From Devosia sp. (GTDB lineage: Bacteria > Pseudomonadota > Alphaproteobacteria > Rhizobiales > Devosiaceae), in contig DROE01000098.1 in assembly GCA_011322005.1 (NCBI GenBank), positions 1-37,879 on the forward strand: 37,879 nucleotides of DNA. The letters are read 5' to 3'. Below, piece after piece: positions 24,570 to 35,039 of the stretch (position 1 is its first letter; every line of letters starts with the position of its first letter). The notes beneath the pieces were generated by a model that was given only the letters and a program-made list of their open reading frames with translations, ran no database searches and was not told where the DNA came from. The position numbers and the translations under genes are program-made.

Positions 24570-26387
24570 ATGGCGGGGAATATGCAGGAGAGCGAGCCGG
24601 AATATTTCCTCAATGTTTCCTCCTCGGCCTCTGGAAAAAGCTGGCGCGACCGGCTCGATGTCGCCGCACGGCGCACCGCAAAAGCCATTTCCCAGCAGAC
24701 CGGGCTCAGTGAAATCGTGGCGCGTATCCTTGCGGCGCGCGGGGTTGAGGTGGACGGAGCGGAGGCGTTTCTCGCCCCCACCATTCGTGACCTGATGCCC
24801 GACCCCTCAACTCTGACGGATATGGACGCAACCGCCGAACGGCTTGCCGATGCCATCCGAAACAGGGAACAGATTGCCCTGTTTGGCGATTATGATGTGG
24901 ACGGAGCCAGCTCGTGCGCGCTGATGCTGCGCTACCTGCGTTTCTTTGGTCTTGAGCCATTGTGCTATATACCGGATCGGATATTCGAGGGGTACGGGCC
25001 CAATATTGGCGCAATCGACAAGCTGATCGAGCAGGGTTGCGAACTGCTGATTATGCTGGATTGCGGCACCACGAGCACAAAGGCCATTGCCCACGCCCGG
25101 GAGCGAGGCTGCAACGTGCTCGTTCTGGACCACCATCTGGCCGAGGGCGAACTGCCCGAAGCCAACGCGCTGGTTAATCCAAATCGGGCCAATGATATTT
25201 CGCAACTTGGCTATCTGTGCGCGGCCGGGGTGACCTTCATGGCGCTGGTCGCCACCAGCCGGGTTTTGCGCAATCGAGGGGAAAGCGGGCTGCCCGATCT
25301 GATGGCCTATTCAGACCTTGTGGCACTGGCCACCATATGCGACGTGGTGCCGCTGAGGGGGGTGAACCGGGCCTTTGTACACCGCGGTATTGAAATTATG
25401 CGGGAGGGTCGGAACCTTGGCATAGCCAACCTGGCGCTTGCAGCAAGAATTACCGGGCCGCTCACCCCCTATCATCTGGGGTTCGTAATCGGCCCGCGCA
25501 TCAATGCCGGGGGGCGGATCGGAGATGCGGGCCTGGGTGCCCGGCTGCTCTCGACCACCTCGGAGGAAGAGGCGATTGCGATTGCGGCAAGTCTGGATGA
25601 ACTCAATTCCGAACGCCAGCGCATAGAAATCAGCGCTGTTGAAGAGGCAACAGCGGTGGCCGAGGCCGAAATCGGGAAAGGGGAGGGCCCCTCTGTGCTG
25701 GTTCTGGCCTCCGAACACTGGCACCCCGGCGTGGTCGGGCTGGTGGCGGCCCGCCTCAAAGAGCGCTTCAATCGCCCCGCTTTTGCCATTGCACTGAGGC
25801 CCGATGGCACCGGCACCGGTTCGGGGCGCTCGGTGCCGGGGGTGGACATCGGACAGGCCGTGTTGCGTGCCGTTGAGGATAAACTGGTTGCAAAAGGGGG
25901 CGGGCACGCCATGGCGGCGGGGGTCACGCTTTCCCAGGAACAGATTGCAGGGTTTCGTGCCCTTTTGAATACAGAATTGGCAGAAGCGGTTGCCCGGGCG
26001 CGGCACAAGTCATTCGTTTCCATTGATGCGGCCATCACCGCACGCACCGCCAGCGTCGATTTTGTAGAGGATTTCAACCGGGCGGGGCCGTTTGGTTCGG
26101 GAAACTCCAATCCGGTCTTCGCCCTGGCCGGGCATAGGGTCAAATTTGCTGACATCGTGGGCAAGGGCGGGCATGTGCGCTGCACGCTGGCCAGCGATGA
26201 GGGTGCTTCAATCAAGGCAATCGCGTTCCGCGCCGCCAGCGAGGAGTTGGGTCAATTGTTGCTCAACGCCTCCAGAGACAAGCCGCTGCACATTTGTGGA
26301 ACGCTGGCAATCGACCATTGGCAGGGTCGGCGAAAGGTGCAGATGCGCATAATCGATGCTGCGGACCCGGTAAGGTCAGGCTGGTAG
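24570..26387 (+). CDS. recJ: single-stranded-DNA-specific exonuclease RecJ
   Basis: 605 aa with DHH motifs (FGDYDVDGASS, LIMLDCGT, LVLDHHL) and DHHA1 (GGGHAMAAG). Confidence 0.9.
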   Translation: MAGNMQESEPEYFLNVSSSASGKSWRDRLDVAARRTAKAISQQTGLSEIVARILAARGVEVDGAEAFLAPTIRDLMPDPSTLTDMDATAERLADAIRNREQIALFGDYDVDGASSCALMLRYLRFFGLEPLCYIPDRIFEGYGPNIGAIDKLIEQGCELLIMLDCGTTSTKAIAHARERGCNVLVLDHHLAEGELPEANALVNPNRANDISQLGYLCAAGVTFMALVATSRVLRNRGESGLPDLMAYSDLVALATICDVVPLRGVNRAFVHRGIEIMREGRNLGIANLALAARITGPLTPYHLGFVIGPRINAGGRIGDAGLGARLLSTTSEEEAIAIAASLDELNSERQRIEISAVEEATAVAEAEIGKGEGPSVLVLASEHWHPGVVGLVAARLKERFNRPAFAIALRPDGTGTGSGRSVPGVDIGQAVLRAVEDKLVAKGGGHAMAAGVTLSQEQIAGFRALLNTELAEAVARARHKSFVSIDAAITARTASVDFVEDFNRAGPFGSGNSNPVFALAGHRVKFADIVGKGGHVRCTLASDEGASIKAIAFRAASEELGQLLLNASRDKPLHICGTLAIDHWQGRRKVQMRIIDAADPVRSGW

Positions 26388-26592
26388 GCGCTGGTAGATT
26401 CTTTCACCCAAACAAAGACTTGCCTGCTCTCAATTGACAACACCACTTGCAGTTGCGTCTCATGGCGCTAATATAAAGTTGTGGACAAGTTGGGAGAGGC
26501 ATACAGCGTACCGGCATATTATCTGGCGGACAGGGGAGCCGTCACACAGGCTTAGATCCAGTGCCGGAACTTGACGCAAGGCCCGAAAGCCG

Positions 26593-27834
26593 ATGAATGA
26601 GAGTGCGATACGGAGCAAGCCCGGCTCGGTCGGGATAATTACCCGGATGTTGTCCGGTATTGTGGAGCGGGTGGCCACCAGATTGATGGGTGAGCCCCAT
26701 GCCGGGGCGCTCACGGTGAAATTCCCCAATGGCAGCGTACGAACCATGGGTGATCCGGCGGCCGGACCGCACGCAACTCTGAAACTTAACAATTTCAAGG
26801 TTTTACGCCAGGCGATGCGCCGGGGCACCGTGGGATTTGCCGCTGCATACATGAACGGAGACGTCGAGTCCGAAGACTTAACAGCTTTATTCAGGTTTTT
26901 TCTGCAAAATATTGAATTATTTGAAAATGCCAATCCCGGATTGTTTCGGCGTGCGGCCAAGGATTTGGCCTATCATTTGTCGCGGGGCAACACCCGCGAT
27001 GGTGCCAAGCAAAATATTTCCGAACATTATGACCTGGGCAACGAGTTTTATGCCAAGTGGCTTGACCCCTCGATGACCTATTCGTCAGCCCTTTTCACCT
27101 CTGAAGAGCAAAGCCTGGAAGAGGCGCAACGGCAGAAATATCACCAGGTTGCCGATATGGCCGGCGTCAAGTCAGGGCACAGGGTTCTGGAGATCGGGTG
27201 CGGTTGGGGCGGATTGGCCGAGGTTCTCACGCAGGATTATGGTGCTGAGGTCACAGGCATCACTCTCTCCCGCGAACAGTTGAAATTTGCGCGGGCCCGT
27301 CTGGAGGCGCAGGGTCTGGACCGATTGGCCAATCTTGTTTTCCAGGACTAACGCGATACCGAAGGTCAATTTGACCATGTGTGCTCCATCGAGATGATCG
27401 AGGCGGTGGGCGAGGCGCACTGGCCCAGATATTTCAGGGCCGTGCATGACCGCCTCAAGCCCGGCGGAACTGCCTCCATCCAGGCAATAACTATCGCAGA
27501 AGAGCATTTTGAAGCCTATCGCACCGGTCCCGACTTCATCCAGCGCTACATTTTCCCTGGCGGGATGCTTTTGACAAAGCATGCCATGCTTGAGCAGGGA
27601 AAAAGAGTGGGGCTTGTGCTGGAAGAAACCAAGAATTTTCGTCTCTCCTATGCGAAAACCCTGCGTCTGTGGCGGGAGCGGTTTCTCACGCGCTGGTCAG
27701 AAATTGCGTCTCTGGGTTTTGATGAGGAGTTCAGACGCAAATGGACCTATTACCTCTCCTACTGTGAAGCCGGGTTCACAGAGGGCTTTATCGACGTGGG
27801 CATTTATCAGTACAGGCGTCCCCCAATGGGTTAG
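26593..27834 (+). pseudogene. cfa: cyclopropane-fatty-acyl-phospholipid synthase-family SAM methyltransferase, interrupted by one in-frame TAA
   Basis: ORFs 26593..27351 and 27379..27834 are in the same frame. The read-through gives ...VLEIGCGWGGLAE...LVFQD*RDTEGQFDHVCSIEMIEAVGE.... The TAA at 27349-27351 sits where the conserved Tyr of the QDYRD motif is expected. Confidence 0.8.
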
Positions 27835-28051
27835 ACATAACCCGTACGGGAGAGCTTTCGGGATAGGCCACATATTGTCCCGGAAAGGAAAACGGTCGGA
27901 TGCTTCAACCACCTGAAGCGGCGGACGTCCATTGCGGTTTGAATATTCGCGCAACTTTACATTCCATCCGGGTTGTCCTCCGGAAGGGTGTATCTGGTGG
28001 TACCCGGTGAGATGCTTCAGACTCTCTTGGTGCAAAAAAAGGAAAGTTCCT

Positions 28052-29458
28052 ATGTCAAAAGCGGAAATCGGCGTGTTCGGACTGGCGGTTATGGGCTCCA
28101 ATCTGGCGTTGAATATTGCTGATCACGGCTACAAGGTCGCGCTGAGTAACCGTACTTCATCAAAGATAGATCAGATGATGGAGTCGGCGGGAGAACTTGC
28201 CGGCCGGTTCATTCCCAACACCGGTCTCGGTGCCTTTGTGCGCTCAATCAAGAAGCCGCGCGCGATAATAATAATGGTCAAAGCGGGAAAACCGGTCGAC
28301 CTGACCATTCAGGCGCTGCTTGAGCATATGGAGGAGGGGGACGCCATCATTGAGGCGGGCAATGCCAACTATCGTGACAGTATGCGCCGCTTTGAAGAGT
28401 TGCGTGCCCGGGGCATCGGATTTTTGGGCGTGGGAGTTTCCGGGGGCGAAGAGGGCGCGCGCTTTGGTCCCTCGATCATGGCTGGCGGCTCAAAGGACCA
28501 GTGGCACAACGCAGAAGAAATTTTAACGGCAATTTCAGCCAAGTTCAACGGCGAGCCCTGCGCAGCCTATCTGGGAACGAGCGGGGCGGGGCATTTCGTC
28601 AAGACCATCCACAACGGCATCGAATACGCGGATATGCAGATGATTGCGGAAGTGTTTGGGGTTATGCGCGACGGGCTTGGAATGACCCCGGCCGAATGCG
28701 CACAGGTGTTCAAGAAATGGAACGAAGGGCCACTCAATTCCTATCTGATTGAAATCACCGGGCTGGTGCTCGAAGCTGTAGATGAAAAAACCGGCAAACC
28801 CCTGGTGGAACTCATTCTTGACAAGGCCGGGCAAAAAGGCACCGGGCGCTGGTCGGCGATCGCCGCGCAGGAACTCGGCGTGGCTGCAACAACAATAGAA
28901 GGAGCGGTGGCTGCACGCGCCATTTCCGCCCTTAAAGAGGAACGTATCGCAGCACAGTCGGTTTATGGCGCGCCGGGTGCGGGAGAAGCCAAAATGTCCC
29001 TTGGGCAGTTGGAACAGGCCCTGCTTGCCGGTAAAATTGCTGCGTACGCGCAAGGGTTTGCCATCATGAAAAAGGCCTCCGAGGAAAACGGCTGGGAGCT
29101 GCCTTTGGGCACCATCGCACGCATCTGGCGGGCGGGCTGTATAATTCGCTCGGGTTTTCTGGACCAGATGGCAAAGTCCTATGAGAAAGACCATGCGGTC
29201 AATCTGCTGGTAGCGCCGGATTTCGTTGAGATAATGCAGGCTAGCAGTGATGCACTGCGCAATGTCGTGGCGGCAGGCGCACTTGGCGCGTTTCCGTTGC
29301 CTTGCCTTTCTGCGGCTCTCGCCTACTTCGATGGCTACCGGCGGGCCGAGGGAACTGCCAACCTTATTCAGGGCCAGCGCGACTTTTTTGGAGCCCACGG
29401 TTTTGTTCTTACCGATCGGGAAGGCGAACAGCACGGCGACTGGCCCTCAACGCTTTGA
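28052..29458 (+). CDS. gnd: 6-phosphogluconate dehydrogenase (decarboxylating)
   Basis: ORF 27932..29458 trimmed to the ATG at 28052, which follows AAAGGAAAG. This gives MSKAEIGVFGLAVMGSNLALNIADHGY, 468 aa, with GAGHFVKTIHNGIEYADMQ. Confidence 0.9.
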   Translation: MSKAEIGVFGLAVMGSNLALNIADHGYKVALSNRTSSKIDQMMESAGELAGRFIPNTGLGAFVRSIKKPRAIIIMVKAGKPVDLTIQALLEHMEEGDAIIEAGNANYRDSMRRFEELRARGIGFLGVGVSGGEEGARFGPSIMAGGSKDQWHNAEEILTAISAKFNGEPCAAYLGTSGAGHFVKTIHNGIEYADMQMIAEVFGVMRDGLGMTPAECAQVFKKWNEGPLNSYLIEITGLVLEAVDEKTGKPLVELILDKAGQKGTGRWSAIAAQELGVAATTIEGAVAARAISALKEERIAAQSVYGAPGAGEAKMSLGQLEQALLAGKIAAYAQGFAIMKKASEENGWELPLGTIARIWRAGCIIRSGFLDQMAKSYEKDHAVNLLVAPDFVEIMQASSDALRNVVAAGALGAFPLPCLSAALAYFDGYRRAEGTANLIQGQRDFFGAHGFVLTDREGEQHGDWPSTL

Positions 29459-29661
29459 AGCGCGCTTTGTTGATCTTGCTCGGCCCCTAGACCGTTTCCT
29501 GTTTGGATTGCACCATTGTGACGGAGCGTTTTTGTGACAGGACCAAGCGAAGGATTGAAGACCATATCGGGATATGGCCAAAAGACTTCGCGCCGGTGTT
29601 GGTGCAAAAGAGCCCGTCCCCCTTGGGTTTCATGATTGATTCAATCTAATCATGAAGCGGT

Positions 29662-30156
29662 CTAAAGACGCTTGAACATCACTAGAGCATCCACCATCCC
29701 CTCCCTGGGATGGTTGAAGGCCTCTGGCAGGCGGCCCACAGTCTCAAAACCAAGCTTTTCCCACAGATGGATAGCACCTTCATTGGTGGCTAGAACGAAG
29801 TTGAACTGCATGGCGGTGAAACCAGCTTTTCTTGCAATTCCCTGTGAGTGGATGCACATGGTGCTAGCGACACCCCGACCCTGCGCCGACTCTCGCACCA
29901 CAAATCCGCAATTGGCCACATGCGCACCGCCGCCGGTATGGTTGGGCCTCAAATAATAGGTGCCGACCAGACCTGAGCGGTCACTTGCAACGAATGTCTG
30001 ATGGTCCGGTGCCAGCCAGTAAGCCAGCGCATCCTTCTGGCTCATGTCACGGGGAAAGGTATAGGTTTCACCGGCTCGGATCATGGGGCGCAGAATGTTC
30101 CATATCTCGAAAAGGTCGCCCGGCTGGGCGCGGCGGATTTCAAACTCGAGCATCAT
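29662..30156 (-). CDS. GNAT-family N-acetyltransferase
   Basis: 164 aa with an acetyl-CoA binding motif region (VRESAQGRGVASTM). The start overlaps the MFS stop (ATGA). Confidence 0.8.
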   Translation of the reverse strand: MMLEFEIRRAQPGDLFEIWNILRPMIRAGETYTFPRDMSQKDALAYWLAPDHQTFVASDRSGLVGTYYLRPNHTGGGAHVANCGFVVRESAQGRGVASTMCIHSQGIARKAGFTAMQFNFVLATNEGAIHLWEKLGFETVGRLPEAFNHPREGMVDALVMFKRL

Positions 30157-31469
30157 TTCTTGTTTTCGGCACGGGGAGGTACCGCAATTTCTCCGGGTTT
30201 GGCGATGTCGGGGATTCGAGTCCGGGATTCCGGCTCCTCCAGCCTTCTGAGGTGAAACCTTCGCACCGCGTAAACAAACACAAGAAAGGCCACGATAACA
30301 AGAATACCGGCGGCAAAAAAAGAAACGCCGGGAAAGTAGCCTGGTGCCTGGGGTGAAGTGGTGAAGTAGCTGAACAATTGGGTGGCGGCAAGAGGTCCGA
30401 TGATGGCGGTCAGTGAGTTGGTGGCATTGACCGCGCCTTGCAATTCCCCTTGTGCGTTATCCGGGATTTGCCGGGAGAGCAGACCATTGATGGCGGGGGC
30501 GGCCAGGCCGGAAAAGGCTCCGATGACAAGATAGAAATAAAGCCCAACCGGTGTGTGAATGAACGAGGTGCCGAAAAAGGCGATTGAAGCTGCCAACATC
30601 CCGAGTATTACAGTTGAACTTTCACCAAATCGTCGGACAACAGGGCCGATCAGCACCCCCTGGACCAGAGCGAACAACAGGCCGAACACAGCCAGGGAAC
30701 GTCCGATTTGCGAGGACGACCAGTCAAATCTCTCGATGGTGAAGAAGTTCCACACCGAGGGGTATGTCTGGCTGGCAAGAGAAAACAGGAACAGAGTTCC
30801 CAGCAGCCATAAGATTACCGGAAACGGACGAAAGGCCAGGATTGCGCCCAGCGGGTTGGCGCGCTTTATGTCAAAGCGGCGTCTTTTGCGTATATTAAGA
30901 CTTTCCGGTAGGATAAAGAACCCGAACAGGAAATTCGCAAACGCAAGTGCCGCGGCTGCATAGAATGGTGCACGGGGGGAAAACTCGCCCAACTCCCCCC
31001 CCACCACTGGGCCGATAATGAAGCCAAGGCCAAAGGCCGCGCCGATAAGGCCAAATCGCTGGGAGCGTTTCTCGGGGGGAGTGATGTCGGCAATATAGGC
31101 GGTGGCGGTTGCCACAGCAGCGCCCGAAATCCCCGCCAGGGCCCGCCCCACAAACAGCCAGCCAAGGGTTGGCGCAAACCCCATCAGAAGGTAGTCCGCT
31201 GTCAGCCCGAGCAGGGAGAGCAGCAATATCGGGCGCCTCCCGAACCTGTCTGAGAGATTGCCCAGCACTGGAGAGAAAATGAATTGAAGCAGTGCATAGA
31301 CGAATACCAGATAGCCGCCCATCACCGCGCTCTTGGCCACACTGTCTCCGGTCAGTTCCAGAATAAGTTGGGGCAAGACGGGGAGTATGATGCCCAGACC
31401 GATCATATCGAGCAGGATGGTAACGAGTATGAAACTCAGGGTCAGACTGGAATTTCTGGCAACAGGCAT
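30153..31469 (-). CDS. MFS transporter, TetA-like (DHA1) family
   Basis: 438 aa, 12 predicted TM helices. MFS motif A (GNLSDRFGRRPILLLSL). The N-terminus resembles TCR/Tet-family pumps. Confidence 0.85.
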   Translation of the reverse strand: MPVARNSSLTLSFILVTILLDMIGLGIILPVLPQLILELTGDSVAKSAVMGGYLVFVYALLQFIFSPVLGNLSDRFGRRPILLLSLLGLTADYLLMGFAPTLGWLFVGRALAGISGAAVATATAYIADITPPEKRSQRFGLIGAAFGLGFIIGPVVGGELGEFSPRAPFYAAAALAFANFLFGFFILPESLNIRKRRRFDIKRANPLGAILAFRPFPVILWLLGTLFLFSLASQTYPSVWNFFTIERFDWSSSQIGRSLAVFGLLFALVQGVLIGPVVRRFGESSTVILGMLAASIAFFGTSFIHTPVGLYFYLVIGAFSGLAAPAINGLLSRQIPDNAQGELQGAVNATNSLTAIIGPLAATQLFSYFTTSPQAPGYFPGVSFFAAGILVIVAFLVFVYAVRRFHLRRLEEPESRTRIPDIAKPGEIAVPPRAENKK

Positions 31470-31559
31470 ATTTTGTTCCGGCGTTTTTCAGGCTCTGACC
31501 CGAAATGGCCAGTTGACACATTCAAGGTCGTGTTGGCAAGCGGCTGGGGCTGTGCCGCC

Positions 31560-32792
31560 CTAAGAGAAGTGTTGGGTCGTTTGAACAGTACAGACTTCCG
31601 GGTTGGGGTCGTAACCATACAGCCATTCCAGGCGGTTGAAATGACCAACCGGCCCTTGCGCGCTGACAACCATGTCCCGGATCAGTGAAAAGGGCCATTC
31701 CATATGGTAGATTGAGCCGTTACTTGCCGATATGCGCTGGACGCGCGCAACCCTCTTCTGGCGCAGGGATTGATAGCGGGCCAGGGCGCTTTGCCCATCG
31801 GGCTCAGTGACCAGGAGTGGTGCCAGGATGGCCGCATCTTCAATGCCCATGGCAGCGCCCTGAGCCTGAAAAGGCAACATGGCGTGAGCGGCGTCCCCTA
31901 TCAGCCCCACCGGCCCCTTGTGCCATTCTGAGGTGGAAACTGCGTTCAATGGCCACATGGACCACCCGGCAATGGCATTTTCGACGAGGGCTTCGATTTG
32001 GGGACTTTTCAGCAGCATTTTGGGCAGGGAAGGTTCTTGAACCTTGGAAACCTTGTTCGGATCTCCAAGCTTCTCTTTGGTGAACAAAGCCACATTGAAG
32101 CGATCATGATGCGGGTGGGGGTAGGCCACCGCGTGAAATCCGGGCCCCCAGAGCAGGCTAACCCGGTCCCTGGCAATGATATGATTGTCCGCAAGCATGG
32201 AAATGGGGATCATGGTACGCCAGGCAACATAGCCTGAGTACTTGGCCTCGGGCCCCGACATGATGACGGTACGGGTTCGCGAGTGGACGCCATCGGCTCC
32301 GATAAAAGCAAAGGGCCGCGCCTCGATAGTGCTGTGGTTGGCCTGTTCAACGGAGAGCGAAAGGCCCTTCGTATGACTAACCATATCAAACTGGCGAACT
32401 CCGAACTGTATGTCAATGTTGGCAAAACGGCGGCAGGCATTGAACAGGATATCCGCCAGATCAGCACGATGGATCACTCCATAGGGTGCGCCGAACCTGA
32501 CGGCTGCTTCCTCGCCGACCTGAAGGGAAATCAGCGGCTTCGGTCTGCGATACGGGTAGATATCGATGCTTTCGGGAACAAAACCGAACCGCGCGAGTGG
32601 CCGGGAAAGTCCCAACCTGTCCAGCACGCAGCGGGCATTGGGACTGATCTGAATGCCGGCACCGGTGGTCTCAAGTTTTTCCGTGCGCTCCAGAACCACC
32701 ACTGTTGCCCCGAATTTGGCAAGCGCCAGCGCCAGGGTCAGTCCGGCTATTCCGGCCCCTGCAATATAGATGGTGCGGCCATCAGCCACCAT
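31560..32792 (-). CDS. FAD-dependent aromatic-ring monooxygenase (UbiH/salicylate hydroxylase-like)
   Basis: 410 aa with IYIAGAGIAGLTLALALAKFG (GxGxxG), the DG motif FIGADGVHSRTR, and LIGDAAHAMLPFQAQGAAMGIEDA. Confidence 0.8.
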   Translation of the reverse strand: MVADGRTIYIAGAGIAGLTLALALAKFGATVVVLERTEKLETTGAGIQISPNARCVLDRLGLSRPLARFGFVPESIDIYPYRRPKPLISLQVGEEAAVRFGAPYGVIHRADLADILFNACRRFANIDIQFGVRQFDMVSHTKGLSLSVEQANHSTIEARPFAFIGADGVHSRTRTVIMSGPEAKYSGYVAWRTMIPISMLADNHIIARDRVSLLWGPGFHAVAYPHPHHDRFNVALFTKEKLGDPNKVSKVQEPSLPKMLLKSPQIEALVENAIAGWSMWPLNAVSTSEWHKGPVGLIGDAAHAMLPFQAQGAAMGIEDAAILAPLLVTEPDGQSALARYQSLRQKRVARVQRISASNGSIYHMEWPFSLIRDMVVSAQGPVGHFNRLEWLYGYDPNPEVCTVQTTQHFS

Positions 32793-32802
32793 TGTTCAGC
32801 AC

Positions 32803-33048
32803 TCAGGCCTGTTGGGGTTGATAGACAGCGGATATCGGATCCGAGAGGCCCGCTGTGATTTTTGCGCTGAATACATAATGCGTTGAGCAATAAGGACACA
32901 CGATTTCGTTTTCCTTGCCCATATCCAGATAAACATGGGGGTGGTCAAACGGGGGCAGGGCCCCGATACACTGAAACTCCCGTGCGCCGATTTCAATCTT
33001 TGAAATGCCATCCGTGTTGTGGAAGTGGGGAATGCCCGCGTGTGCCAT
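32803..33048 (-). CDS. zinc-finger (zf-CHCC, NDUFS6-like) small protein
   Basis: 81 aa with ...FQCIGALPPFDHPHVYLDMGKENEIVCPYCSTHYVF. It ends 10 nt upstream of the monooxygenase gene. Confidence 0.72.
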   Translation of the reverse strand: MAHAGIPHFHNTDGISKIEIGAREFQCIGALPPFDHPHVYLDMGKENEIVCPYCSTHYVFSAKITAGLSDPISAVYQPQQA

Positions 33049-33246
33049 TTTTCAAGCTCTTGGTTGTTGATTTTGAGAACCGGGGCGACCATAAGCCCGG
33101 GAGAGACGAATTGCCAGCGGGATTTGGCTCGCGCCAGAGGTAAATCCTTGTTTCCAGGCATGGGGGGAAAGTGACTTCGCTTCCAGAGCAATCGGCCCTA
33201 AACTACACAGTACAGATTCACCCAGTCAGAAAGTGCTCCTTCAAAG

Positions 33247-34005
33247 ATGCCCGTATTTTTGTCCCAAGGCATAGAAATTGCCTATGAAACCTATGGAACT
33301 GGCAACAGCCCCATTGTTCTGGTGCATGGCTTTGCCTCCAGCGGCGCGATAAACTGGCGTGATACGGGCTGGACGGATCTGTTGGTAGAGGCAGGCTATT
33401 CCCCCGTTACCATCGACAATCGCGGACATGGGAAGTCTGAAAAACTTTACGACCCCGAAATGTATCCGGCGCGGCGCATGGCCGAAGACCTGGCGGGACT
33501 GATTTCCCATCTTGGTATGGGGCCGGTTCCCGTGATGGGGTACTCCATGGGTGCACGCATATGCGCCTTTGCGATGATGGACCGGCCCGAGCTGATTTCA
33601 TGTGGAATATTTGGCGGACTTGGAATAAACATGATCCGTGGCCTTTCCGGGTCCGAAAGAATTGTTGAGGCATTGCTGGCGAAAAGCGTTGATGATGTCA
33701 CCTCGCCAGTGGGGCGGCAATTTCGCCTGTTCGCAGAGCATACGGGCGGTGACTTGGGGGCGCTTGCGGCCTGCATGCAGGCCTCGCGTTCCAAAATCAC
33801 AGAAGATGATATATCCCGGATTGAAGCACCCGTTCTGGTAGCGGTGGGAAGCAACGATGATATTGGGGGGTCGCCACAGGAACTTGCAGCCCTGATTCCG
33901 AACGGGGAGGCGTTGCTTATTCCCGATCGCGATCACATGCGCGCCACCGGTGACAAAGTGTTTAAGGCCGGCGTTCTTGACTTTCTGGCACGAGTCCCCA
34001 GCTAA
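33247..34005 (+). CDS. alpha/beta-fold hydrolase
   Basis: 252 aa with VLVHGFASS (oxyanion region), the nucleophile elbow GYSMGA, and a C-terminal DRDHM His. Confidence 0.8.
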   Translation: MPVFLSQGIEIAYETYGTGNSPIVLVHGFASSGAINWRDTGWTDLLVEAGYSPVTIDNRGHGKSEKLYDPEMYPARRMAEDLAGLISHLGMGPVPVMGYSMGARICAFAMMDRPELISCGIFGGLGINMIRGLSGSERIVEALLAKSVDDVTSPVGRQFRLFAEHTGGDLGALAACMQASRSKITEDDISRIEAPVLVAVGSNDDIGGSPQELAALIPNGEALLIPDRDHMRATGDKVFKAGVLDFLARVPS

Positions 34006-34092
34006 TGCGTTTGGAGCCGCGCCGTGTCAGAGTTCCGCGGAAGTGCGACCGCACCAATGCAGACATCGCAATGAAGATATTGGAGAAAAGCT

Positions 34093-34920
34093 GTGGCCCG
34101 ATTGAAAAACGCCATATCCAAAGACAGTGTCGACCCTCTCTGGCAGGCGATCCGCGAGGGTGCGGAGCAGATTGCGCGCAAAGAAGCTTCTTTGGCCAGC
34201 TTTATGGTTTCGACAATATTGAACCACGAGCGGCTCGAAGAAGCGTTGGCTTTCCGGCTGGCTGAACTGCTGGATCATTCTGACGTTTCCGCCGACCTTG
34301 TTCGGCAGGCGTTTGCCGAGGTGCTGGAGGCGGAACCGGAAATCGGAGCGTCCATGCGCGCCGATATCTCTGCGATTCTAGAGCGCGACCCGGCCACCTC
34401 AAAGGCGATTGAGCCCGTTTTATATTTCAAGGGGTTTCATGCGCTGCAAACCCACCGTTTTGCCCATGCCTTGCAAAGTCAGGGGCGCACGGATTTTGCC
34501 GCCTATCTGCAAAGTCGCTCTTCCCAGATATTTCAGGTTGACATCAACGCCGCAGCAACGGTGGGTCGGGGCATCATGTTCGACCATGGCACCGGCATCG
34601 TCATCGGGGAAACGGCCTTCATCGGCAACAACGTCTCCATCCTTCAGGGTGTGACGCTGGGGGGTACCGGCAAGGAAACAGGCGACCGGCATCCCAAAGT
34701 TCAAGCCGGTGTTCTGATCGGCGCGGGTGCCAAGGTTCTGGGTAATATTACCATCGGGGAGGGCGCGCGGGTTGCTGCCGGCTCTGTTGTGCTCAGGGAT
34801 GTGCCCGCCCACAAGACGGTCGCTGGCGTGCCAGCAAAAGTTGTGGGCGAAGCGGGGTGTCCGCGCCCGGGCTGTGCCATGAACCAGATGCTCCCCCCCG
34901 CAGATGGAAGCCTGCTCTGA
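34093..34920 (+). CDS. cysE: serine O-acetyltransferase
   Basis: 275 aa, GTG start 7 nt after GGAG. SATase N-terminal helical domain plus left-handed beta-helix hexapeptide repeats (GIVIGETAFIGNNVSILQGVTLGGTGKETGDRHPKV...). Confidence 0.88.
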   Translation: MARLKNAISKDSVDPLWQAIREGAEQIARKEASLASFMVSTILNHERLEEALAFRLAELLDHSDVSADLVRQAFAEVLEAEPEIGASMRADISAILERDPATSKAIEPVLYFKGFHALQTHRFAHALQSQGRTDFAAYLQSRSSQIFQVDINAAATVGRGIMFDHGTGIVIGETAFIGNNVSILQGVTLGGTGKETGDRHPKVQAGVLIGAGAKVLGNITIGEGARVAAGSVVLRDVPAHKTVAGVPAKVVGEAGCPRPGCAMNQMLPPADGSLL

Positions 34921-35039
34921 CCTGTTCGCGCATAACAAAAACGTTGCAAATCGTTGTTTGCGGGCATGTTTGGGCTTGTCCGCCTGTGCGCTGGCGCTAA
35001 AGTGCGCTGTGTTTTGGCCCGGTTGGAGCAAAATTGGTT

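Noticed and set aside
25311-26215. Two overlapping minus-strand ORFs of 231 and 247 aa
   Set aside because: They are shadow ORFs opposite recJ.
27932-28051. A 40-codon N-terminal extension of gnd
   Set aside because: It is Cys/Trp-rich nonsense. The ATG at 28052 follows a good SD and gives the standard 468-aa enzyme.
28535-29434. A 299-aa minus-strand ORF
   Set aside because: It is a shadow ORF opposite gnd.
29630-29655. The TCATGATT-N10-AATCATGA inverted repeat between gnd and the GNAT gene
   Set aside because: It is a short AT-rich 8-bp stem in a convergent spacer, with no T-tract and no second copy. It is probably insignificant.
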